64,000 nucleotides of DNA from an uncultured Chloroflexia bacterium (lineage in GTDB: Bacteria > Chloroflexota > Limnocylindria > Limnocylindrales > CSP1-4). Shown here piece after piece: positions 9,982 to 17,822 of the stretch. The DNA lies in assembly GCA_963749705.1 (NCBI GenBank), contig CAVVNQ010000008.1:96001-160000 (forward strand), written 5' to 3'. Made by a program: the position numbers and the translations under genes. The notes below the pieces were generated by a model, which saw only the letters and a program-made list of their open reading frames with translations, did no database searches and was not told where the DNA came from. Positions within the stretch are counted from its first letter, which is position 1, and every line of letters starts with the position of its first letter.

Positions 9982-10139
9982 GGTTCGCGCTCCTCCATCG
10001 GGCCCACCGCCGCCGGTCGGAACGGACGACGACGCCGCTGACGACGGCGTCGGGGGTGGGCTCCCGTTGGGTAGGCATGATACGGACCGCGCAGCGCACA
10101 GGAAAGAACGGCGTCGTTCGTACCCGGTACGCTGCGATC

Positions 10140-11438
10140 GTGGCGCGCCCCCTGCTCGCGGTGATCCTCGGCACCTTCACCCTCCGCCTGGCAACCGGGC
10201 TGACGGGTGGGATGCTCGTGTTCTACCTCGCGAACCTGACCGACTACGGCGGCACGAGGGTCGATGCCATCGTGGTCGGGGCGCTGGGTGCGCTGTTCTA
10301 CGTGAGCGAGCTGACCGGTTCGCCGCTGTTCGGCATCCTGTCCGACCGGACGGGCCATCGCCGGATCATGCAGCTTGGCCCGGTGTTCGGCGCGATCGCG
10401 GTCGTGGTCACGGCGCTGACGGTCAACCTGCCGCTGATCGGCGGCACCCGGATCCTCGAGGGCATGGCGACCGCCTCATCGGTGCCCTCGATCCTGGGCT
10501 TCATCGCCTTTGCGACCGCGGGCAACGAGCTGCTCCGCGGGCGAGCGGTCGCGAGGTTCGAGGCGGCGACGCTGGCCGGGCTGCTGTGCGGGTTCATCGT
10601 CGCGGGCCCGCTGTTCAAGGTGCTGGGGCCGGAGGCATTCCTGGTCAACGCGGTCGTGTACGGCGTCTCGCTGGCGATCTACCGGTTCGGCGTGCCGGCC
10701 ACGGCGGAGCCGCTCCCGACGGCGACGCTCGTGCGCGGTGAGCGATTGCGCCGGTACCTCCGCATCCTCCGCGGCAGCCACGTATGGCTCCTCGCTCCGA
10801 CCTGGATCGCGGTCAACGCCACGCTCGGACTGTTCACCAGCCAGACCCTGTTCCAGCTCGTCCGCGCACCGGATCCGCGGTTCGCCGCCCAGCAGCTGAT
10901 GGGCGGCTTCGACGAGCTGTCAGTCAGCGCGGGGCTGGCCGTCGGCGCGGTCCTGTTCTTCGCCGGGCTGCTCTACTGGGGCGGGAAGTTCCGGACGCTG
11001 CGCCGGACGACGATCATCAGGTACGGCATCGGCGGCGGCGGCGTGATGATCGTTGCCGGCATCCTGTTCAACCATGCCGCCGGCGCCCCGCTGCCGATCG
11101 ATGCGGTGCTCGCGGTCGCCGGCGCGGGCGGCCTGTTCGTGCTCGCCGGCGCCACGCCCGCGGCGATCGGCCTGCTGGCCGACATCACCGAGGCGTACCC
11201 CGACGACCGCGGCGCGATCATGGGGCTCTATTCGGTGTTTCTCGGGCTCGGCCAGATCATCGGCAGCCTGATCGGCGGCACCGCCGCCGAGTTCGCCGGG
11301 CTCGATGGGATCTTCATGGCATCCCTGCTGCTGCTCGCGATCGCGCTCCTGCCGCTGTCGCATCTCCGACGATACGAGCACCAGGTCAGCGGCCCCGATG
11401 CAGCGGCGGACGAGCCCAGCGTGAGCCTGCATGCCTGA
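10140..11438 (+). CDS. MFS transporter
   Basis: About 12 hydrophobic segments; motif A GILSDRTGHRR. Confidence 0.9.
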   Translation: MARPLLAVILGTFTLRLATGLTGGMLVFYLANLTDYGGTRVDAIVVGALGALFYVSELTGSPLFGILSDRTGHRRIMQLGPVFGAIAVVVTALTVNLPLIGGTRILEGMATASSVPSILGFIAFATAGNELLRGRAVARFEAATLAGLLCGFIVAGPLFKVLGPEAFLVNAVVYGVSLAIYRFGVPATAEPLPTATLVRGERLRRYLRILRGSHVWLLAPTWIAVNATLGLFTSQTLFQLVRAPDPRFAAQQLMGGFDELSVSAGLAVGAVLFFAGLLYWGGKFRTLRRTTIIRYGIGGGGVMIVAGILFNHAAGAPLPIDAVLAVAGAGGLFVLAGATPAAIGLLADITEAYPDDRGAIMGLYSVFLGLGQIIGSLIGGTAAEFAGLDGIFMASLLLLAIALLPLSHLRRYEHQVSGPDAAADEPSVSLHA

Positions 11439-13080
11439 GGCACCGACCGAGGTCGCCCGGGGGACGCACGGCGCGGTCGTCGCCCCGCACCATCTCGCGA
11501 CCCGGGCCGGCCTGTCGGTCCTTGCGGCGGGCGGCCACGCGGTGGATGCGGCGATCGCGACCAACGCGGTGCTGGGCGTCGTGATGCCCAATGGCTGCGG
11601 CCTCGGCGGCGACGCGTTCTGGCTGGTGTGGGACGAGGCCCTCGGCGAGCAGGTCGCGCTCAACGGGTCGGGGCGTGCCCCGGCCGCGGCCGACCCGAGC
11701 GCGCTCCGCGCCCGCGGCATGGACCGGATCCCGCTGCGCGGCCCGCTGACGATCACGGTGCCGGGTGCCGTCCGGTCGTGGGCCGACGCGCACCGTCGGT
11801 GGGGGCGGCGCTCGCGCGACGAGGTCCTGGGCCCCGCGATCGAGCATGCGATGGCCGGATTTCCGGCCTGGGCGGGGCTGATCGAGGCGGTCGACGTGAT
11901 CCTCGAATCGGTGGGCGACGCCCGTTGGGGCGCCGGGCTGCGCCGCGTCTGGGGGGCGAACGGCCGCTCCTGGCGAGCGGGCGAGCAGGTCCGGCTGCCC
12001 GCGCTCGGGTCGACGCTGTCGGCGCTGGCGCGCGACGGGTTCGACGCGTTCTACGACGGTGACCTGGGCGACCGCGTGGCCGCCGGGCTTGCCGGCGCCG
12101 GGGCTTCGTTCACGGTCGACGACCTGCGCCGCCACGCGAGCACGTGGACCGAGCCGATCGCGACGACCTATCGCGGCGTCCGCATCACGACCCACCCGCC
12201 CAACAGCAGCGGAATGCTCGCGCTCGAGATCCTCAACGTGCTCGAGCGGTTCGAACCCGGGGCGCCCGGCGCCTTCGGCGGGCGGGGCTGGAGCGACCCC
12301 GCGTGGCTCCACCTCCAGCTCGAGGCCGCGAAGCTCGTGTTCGCGGACCGCGACGCATACCTGACCGATCCCTCGAGCCGGGCGGTGCCCGTGGATCGCC
12401 TGCTGTCCACCGCGCACGCCGCCGAGCTCGCGGCGCGGATCGATCCGGAGCGGGCGGACCCGGCGCCGCCGGCGGCGCGGACGCTGGTCGGCGACACGGT
12501 GTACCTGGGCGTCGTGGATGCGGACGGCAACGCGGTCAGCCTGATCCAGTCGAATGCGGCGGGGTTCGGCTCGGGTGTCCTGGATCCGGTCACGGGCGTG
12601 CACTTCCAGAACCGGGGAGCATCGTTCTCGCTCGACCCCGACCACCCGAACGTGCTCGCCCCGCGCAAGCGAACCGTGCACACGCTGCTGCCGGGGATGC
12701 TGTTCCGCGCCGGCGAGCGCCAGCCGTGGATCGTCGGGGGGTCGATGGGCGGCGACATCCAGCCGCAGATCCACGTCCAGCTGGTGTCCGCGCTGGTGGA
12801 CGGTGGCGCGGATCTCGCCCCTGCCGTGGCCGCGCCGCGAGTGGTCGTGGAGCCCGATGGCTGGTTCGCACCGCCGGTCGCGGTCCTCGCGGATGGCGAC
12901 CTCGCGCCGGGCGTCGAGGACAGCCTTGTCGCGCGCGGGCATGCGCTGCGGCGAGCGGCGTACGACGGCAGCCTGGGGCACGAGCATGCGATCGAGCTGG
13001 TCGCCGGTGGTCCCGCGCGGGGAGGGTCGCTGGTCGCGGTCACGGATCCGCGGAGCGCGGGCCGGCCGGAGGCCTGGTAG
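11431..13080 (+). CDS. ggt: Gamma-glutamyltransferase family protein (YwrD-like)
   Basis: GGHAVDAAIA, GLGGDAF, LNGSGRAP, TVPGAV, DTVYL (Thr nucleophile), SLIQSN, GSMGGDIQPQ. Confidence 0.93.
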   Translation: MPEAPTEVARGTHGAVVAPHHLATRAGLSVLAAGGHAVDAAIATNAVLGVVMPNGCGLGGDAFWLVWDEALGEQVALNGSGRAPAAADPSALRARGMDRIPLRGPLTITVPGAVRSWADAHRRWGRRSRDEVLGPAIEHAMAGFPAWAGLIEAVDVILESVGDARWGAGLRRVWGANGRSWRAGEQVRLPALGSTLSALARDGFDAFYDGDLGDRVAAGLAGAGASFTVDDLRRHASTWTEPIATTYRGVRITTHPPNSSGMLALEILNVLERFEPGAPGAFGGRGWSDPAWLHLQLEAAKLVFADRDAYLTDPSSRAVPVDRLLSTAHAAELAARIDPERADPAPPAARTLVGDTVYLGVVDADGNAVSLIQSNAAGFGSGVLDPVTGVHFQNRGASFSLDPDHPNVLAPRKRTVHTLLPGMLFRAGERQPWIVGGSMGGDIQPQIHVQLVSALVDGGADLAPAVAAPRVVVEPDGWFAPPVAVLADGDLAPGVEDSLVARGHALRRAAYDGSLGHEHAIELVAGGPARGGSLVAVTDPRSAGRPEAW

Positions 13081-13178
13081 ACGGCTGCCGCGGCGGCCGA
13101 TGGTATCCTCCGGCAGCCGGTGGCAGGCTGCGCTCACACGAACTGCCGCCGGCACATCGTGCACACACGGAGGGGTGC

Positions 13179-13451
13179 GTGACCTCGAACGTCGGCCAGA
13201 ACTATCCGTACACCAGCGAGACCGAGGCGGAGCGCGCCGCCCGCATCGCGACCCTGATCGCCGACCGCGAAGGGCTCGCCGGCAAGCTGCAGGCCGAGAC
13301 CACGCCGCTCGACGCGAACGAACGCTGGTGGGTCTGGAAGTGCCCCACGACGGGCTGCCCCGGGCTGCTCCACGCCGCCGGCTACGCGATCGAGAAGCAT
13401 GCCGTGTACGTCGTCTGCGACGGGACCTGCGCGAAGACGTTCCTCCGCTAG
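13179..13451 (+). CDS. Small hypothetical protein with four Cys (putative metal-binding)
   Basis: GGAGG SD then GTG; MTSNVGQNYPY...WKCPTTGCPG...VCDGTCAKTFLR. Confidence 0.8.
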   Translation: MTSNVGQNYPYTSETEAERAARIATLIADREGLAGKLQAETTPLDANERWWVWKCPTTGCPGLLHAAGYAIEKHAVYVVCDGTCAKTFLR

Positions 13452-13464
13452 CCGGGCGCGCGCC

Positions 13465-14295
13465 GTGACCCCGGCGGTCGCCGCACCCGATCTCCGCGCC
13501 GCGCGACGGCAGCTCGTGCTCGACACCGCCGGGATCGCCGTGTCCGTCATCGGGTTCGGGCTGGTGTTCGGCCTGGCGGCCCGCAACGCGGGGTACTCCC
13601 CGCTCGAGGCGAGCGCGATGAGCGTGTTCGTGTTCGCCGGCGCGGCGCAGTTCACCGCGGTCGGCTACGTCGCCGCCGGCCTGCCGTGGGCACCGATCGT
13701 GGTCCTGACGTTCCTGCTCAACGCGCGCCACCTGCTGTACAGCGCGTCGCTCGCGCCGCGCCTGCGCGACGTGCCGTTTGCCCAGCGGGCGGTCATGTCG
13801 CACGTCCTGACCGACGAGGCGTTCGCGCTCGCCGCGGCGCACTTCCACCGGCTGGGTCGGGTCGACATCGGCGGCTACTGGATCGGTGCGGTCGCCGGGG
13901 TGTTCATCCCGTGGAACCTGGCCACGATCGCCGGCGGGCTGCTGGGCGGTGCGATCCCCGACCCGACGGCGCTCGGTCTCGATGTCGTGTTCCCGGCCGC
14001 GATGGCCGGCCTCGCCGTGGGGCTGGTCACCGGCCGGCGCGAGCTGGTCGCCGCCGGAGCGGGGGCATCGATCGGCGTCGCCCTGTCGCTGGCGTTCGGG
14101 TCCGCCGCCGGCATCCTCGCAGGCGGGCTGATCGGGCCGCTTATCGGCATGGCCGTCCCCGCCGGCGGTTCCGGGACGTCGCCGGACTCCGACGTGACCG
14201 GCCGGGCGGTGGACCTCGAGGGCGCGTTCGCCGACGTGGCCGCGCTGCCGGCCGACGGCGGGACATCGGCCCCCGCCGCCGGAGCCCCGCGTTGA
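13465..14295 (+). CDS. azlC: AzlC family branched-chain amino acid exporter
   Basis: MSVFVFAGAAQF, LNARHLLYS, LTDEAFA motifs. Confidence 0.93.
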   Translation: MTPAVAAPDLRAARRQLVLDTAGIAVSVIGFGLVFGLAARNAGYSPLEASAMSVFVFAGAAQFTAVGYVAAGLPWAPIVVLTFLLNARHLLYSASLAPRLRDVPFAQRAVMSHVLTDEAFALAAAHFHRLGRVDIGGYWIGAVAGVFIPWNLATIAGGLLGGAIPDPTALGLDVVFPAAMAGLAVGLVTGRRELVAAGAGASIGVALSLAFGSAAGILAGGLIGPLIGMAVPAGGSGTSPDSDVTGRAVDLEGAFADVAALPADGGTSAPAAGAPR

Positions 14296-14624
14296 GCACC
14301 GAGCTGGTGCTGCTCGCCGTGCTGATGGGCGCGGTCACCTATCCCGTGCGGGCGGTCCCGATCCTCGCGCCCGGGATCGAGCGGCTGCCGCCCCGGGCAC
14401 TGCTGTACCTGCGCCTGGTCGGGCCGGCGGTGCTGGCGTCGCTGGCCGCCGCGAACACCCTGGTGGTGCCGACCGGCACCGGCACCTCCGGGCTGCATGT
14501 CGGGATCGAGGCGGCGGCCGTGGTCGCGTGTCTCGCGCTCGTGGCCTGGCGACGCAACCTCCTGCTCGGGCTCATCGCCGCCATGGCGCTGGTCGCGGTC
14601 GCGCGGTTGACCGGGATCGGGTAG
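14292..14624 (+). CDS. azlD: AzlD family small membrane subunit
   Basis: TTG start overlapping azlC stop; VTYPVRAVP, VGPAVLASL, WRRNLL. Confidence 0.88.
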   Translation: MSTELVLLAVLMGAVTYPVRAVPILAPGIERLPPRALLYLRLVGPAVLASLAAANTLVVPTGTGTSGLHVGIEAAAVVACLALVAWRRNLLLGLIAAMALVAVARLTGIG

Positions 14625-14648
14625 CCGCCGGGTTCGCGCGCCGCTCCC

Positions 14649-15887
14649 CTACCGCCCGCTCGCCGCCACCCGGGCGAGACGCTCCGCGCGCCAGGCGCGG
14701 ACCTCGGGATCCCGGCCGATCGCGGCGATCAGCCCGGCGAGGAGCGTCGTCCGGGGCACGATCGAATCGACCTCGAGGTACTCGCCGGGAGCATGGTCAA
14801 GCCCTCCGATCGGTCCCAGCCCGTCGAGCGTCGGGACGCCCATGCCGGCCGTCGTGTTCGCGTCCGATGCACCGCCGGTCGCGGCATCGTGGACCTCGAA
14901 GCCCAGCGCTCGGGCGAGCGCCGTGACCTGCCCGACCAGGTGCCCGGACCGCTCGAGCTTCTCCATCGGCCAGTGGCGGCCGGTCTCGTCCACGACCACC
15001 GACACGTCGGGGACGACCTTCGGCTCGGCGACCGCCCGGATGGCCGCCTCGGCCTCGACCAGGGCGTCGCGGGTGACGGCCCGCACGTCCACCTCGAGCG
15101 AGCACCGCTCGGGGACGACGTTGGGCCGGGTGCCGCCCGCGATCACGCCGACATTGATCGTCACGCCCGGCCAGCGGCCGTTGAGCGCCTGGAGGTCGGT
15201 GACGATGCGGGCCGCCTCGAGGATGGCGCTGCGCCCTTTCTCCGGCTCGATGCCCGCGTGGGCGGCACGGCCAACGACCGTGATGGCCAACCCCAGATTG
15301 CCCTTGCGCGATGAGACGATGTCGCCGTTGGCCCGCGCGCATTCCAGCACCAGGCAGGCGTCGACGCCCTCGGCCAGCCGCCGGATGTGCGGGGACGACG
15401 CGGGCGAGCCGATCTCCTCGTCCGGGTTGGCGACGAACACGAGCCGCGCCAGCGGGAGCCCGCCCGACGCCTCGCGCAGCGCCGCGATGGCGTACAGGCC
15501 GGCGAGCAGGCCGCTCTTCATGTCGGTGACGCCGGGGCCGGTCGCGATGCCGTCCTCGATCCGGAACGGGCGCGCTGCCACCGTTCCCGGGTCGAACACG
15601 GTATCCAGGTGGCCGATGCACAGCAGCTCGGGACCGTCCGGGTCGTCACCCTCGATGACCGCGATCAGCGTGTCACCCAGGCCGTCGTCGTTGGGGTGCG
15701 CGGCCACCTCGGCGCCGAGCGTCCGGAGTCGCGCCGCCGTCCAGCGCCCGACCTCGTCCACGCCCGCCCTGGTGTAGCTGCCGCAGTCGATGTTGACGAG
15801 CCGCTCGAGATCCTCGAGGTAGGCGGGCAGCGCTGCCGCAACCTCGGAGCGCAGCCGCGAGAGCTCATCCTGCGCGACCGGTGTCAT
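14649..15887 (-). CDS. M20 family metallopeptidase (glutamate carboxypeptidase-like)
   Basis: GHLDTVF, GPGVTDMKSG, PDEEIGS, GRAAHAG, GGASDAN, DGLGPIG, HAPGE. Confidence 0.93.
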   Translation of the reverse strand: MTPVAQDELSRLRSEVAAALPAYLEDLERLVNIDCGSYTRAGVDEVGRWTAARLRTLGAEVAAHPNDDGLGDTLIAVIEGDDPDGPELLCIGHLDTVFDPGTVAARPFRIEDGIATGPGVTDMKSGLLAGLYAIAALREASGGLPLARLVFVANPDEEIGSPASSPHIRRLAEGVDACLVLECARANGDIVSSRKGNLGLAITVVGRAAHAGIEPEKGRSAILEAARIVTDLQALNGRWPGVTINVGVIAGGTRPNVVPERCSLEVDVRAVTRDALVEAEAAIRAVAEPKVVPDVSVVVDETGRHWPMEKLERSGHLVGQVTALARALGFEVHDAATGGASDANTTAGMGVPTLDGLGPIGGLDHAPGEYLEVDSIVPRTTLLAGLIAAIGRDPEVRAWRAERLARVAASGR

Positions 15888-16009
15888 CGGAGGGTTTCCA
15901 TTCGGCTGAGTCTACCCAGCCGCAGGTATCGGCCCCGCCATGAGCTTCCGTCCGGCCGTGCGCATCACCCGCCGCGGGGCGGCCCCGCTCGCGTATCCTC
16001 GCCGGACCG

Positions 16010-17770
16010 ATGCGCTTGATCGAGATCCGCCTGCTCGAGGGACCCAACGTCTACCGGCTGGTGCCGGTGGTCAAGGTCGAGGTCGCGATCGGGCGGGGCC
16101 GCGCGTGGCACGGGTCGCGAACCCCCGACGACGCCGCGCTCGTCCACCTCGGGCGAGCCGTGCCGGCGCGCGCCTGGCCGGACCCGATCGCCGATCTCGT
16201 CGCCTGGACACGGCGCCTCCGGACGGAGCACGGCGAGCACCGGGGGCCGGTCCACGTGCACCGGACCTCCGACCTCGATCGATGGATCGTGACCTGGCCA
16301 TGGGACGGCGCGGAGCGCGCCCGGGTCATCGCGGAGGCCGCGTTCGACCTCGCCTCGCGCTCGGTGTCCGCGAGTCGTCACGCCCACCTGACCGGGGCGC
16401 AGGCCCGCAACCTCGCCCGATGGACGGCCCGGATCGCCGGATCGGGCGCGACGCCGCCGGCCTGGATCCGCGACGGGGAGCGGCGGATGCCCGCGATCTC
16501 GGTCACGGGGACCAACGGCAAGTCCACCGTGACCCGCCTGATCACGCACATCCTGCTGCTGGCCGGCCGGCACGTCGGCACGACGACGTCCGATGGGATC
16601 CTGGTCGACGAACGGCTCGTCGACGCCGGCGACTGGACGGGGCCGGGCGGCGCGACCGCGGTCCTCCAGCGCGCCGACATCGACGTAGCGGTGCTCGAGA
16701 CCGCGCGGGGTGGCCTGGTGCTGCGCGGGCTGGGCTACGAGAGCAACGACGCCAGCGTGTTCACCAACGTGTCCTCGGACCACCTCGACCTCCAGGGCAT
16801 CCACACCCTGCCCGAGCTCGCCGAGCTCAAGGCGACCGTGTGCCGGGTGACGCGGACCGACGGTTGGACGGTCCTCAACGCGGACGATCCGATCGTCGCC
16901 GCCGTCGCGCGGCGAGTCCGCGCCCGGGTCGCCTACTTCTCGCTGGACCCGGACGGTTCCCGGGTGATGCGCCGGCATCTGGCGGCCGGCGGGCGCGGGT
17001 ACGGCCTGCGCGCGGGCCGGCTGGTCGAGCGGGAGGGTCCCGAGGAACGCGACATCCTCGAGGTTGCCGACCTCCCGGTCGCGCTCGGCGGCATGGCCCG
17101 CCACAACGTCGCGAACGCCCTCGCGGCCGCCGGCGGCGCGCGCGCGATGGGCGCCACGCTCGCGGAGGTCGGCGAAGGCCTGCGCGACTTCCGCCCGTCC
17201 GCGGAGCTGTCCCCGGGACGGCTCAACCTGTACCAGCTCGGCCAGCGCGTGGTGATCGTGGACTTTGCGCACAACGAGGCCGGCACGGAGGCGATCCTCG
17301 ACGTGGCGGCCGCCATCGCGGGTGGCGCCGCCGGCCGCACCTCGCCGATCACCGCGATCATCGGCACGGCCGGCGACCGGCCCGAGGAGACGTTCCGCGG
17401 GATCGGGCGGCTGGCCGCCGAGCGCGCGCAGCGGGTCGCGATCAAGGAGACCCTGAGCTACCTGCGCGGTCGCGAACGGGAGTCGGTCGTCGCGCTGCTG
17501 CGCGAGGGGATCGCGGCGGGCGGCGGTGATCCGGCGGCCGTTCCCGTGTACGAGACGGAGTCCTGCGCGCTCGAGGCCGAGCTCGCGGGCGCGGGTGCCG
17601 CAGCCGCGGGCGACGGGCGTCCGGGTGCGCCGCGGGTCGTGGTGCTGTTCTGCCACGAGCAGCGCGACGAGGTGTTCGCGCTGCTGAAACGCCTCGGGGC
17701 GCGGCAGGTGGACGCGGCCAGCGGGCTCCACGACATCTCGCCCCGGCTCCACGACTACCGCGCGCGGTGA
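16010..17770 (+). CDS. Cyanophycin synthetase-like protein (N-domain-like + Mur ligase domain, no ATP-grasp)
   Basis: N-terminus IRLLEGPNVY parallels CphA TRVLRGPNYW; then directly VTGTNGKST, ETARGG, TNVSSDHL, VLNADDP, PGRLN, DFAHN, GDRP. Confidence 0.85.
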   Translation: MRLIEIRLLEGPNVYRLVPVVKVEVAIGRGRAWHGSRTPDDAALVHLGRAVPARAWPDPIADLVAWTRRLRTEHGEHRGPVHVHRTSDLDRWIVTWPWDGAERARVIAEAAFDLASRSVSASRHAHLTGAQARNLARWTARIAGSGATPPAWIRDGERRMPAISVTGTNGKSTVTRLITHILLLAGRHVGTTTSDGILVDERLVDAGDWTGPGGATAVLQRADIDVAVLETARGGLVLRGLGYESNDASVFTNVSSDHLDLQGIHTLPELAELKATVCRVTRTDGWTVLNADDPIVAAVARRVRARVAYFSLDPDGSRVMRRHLAAGGRGYGLRAGRLVEREGPEERDILEVADLPVALGGMARHNVANALAAAGGARAMGATLAEVGEGLRDFRPSAELSPGRLNLYQLGQRVVIVDFAHNEAGTEAILDVAAAIAGGAAGRTSPITAIIGTAGDRPEETFRGIGRLAAERAQRVAIKETLSYLRGRERESVVALLREGIAAGGGDPAAVPVYETESCALEAELAGAGAAAAGDGRPGAPRVVVLFCHEQRDEVFALLKRLGARQVDAASGLHDISPRLHDYRAR

Positions 17771-17822
17771 TCGCCCTGCGGCGCCATCGCCATGACCAGG
17801 TGGCGCGCGACGGCCGCCCGAG

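Noticed and set aside
10106-10119. GAAC-N6-GTTC palindrome as an SOS box
   Set aside because: Spacer is 6 rather than 4 and the flanking genes (DegV, MFS) are not repair genes
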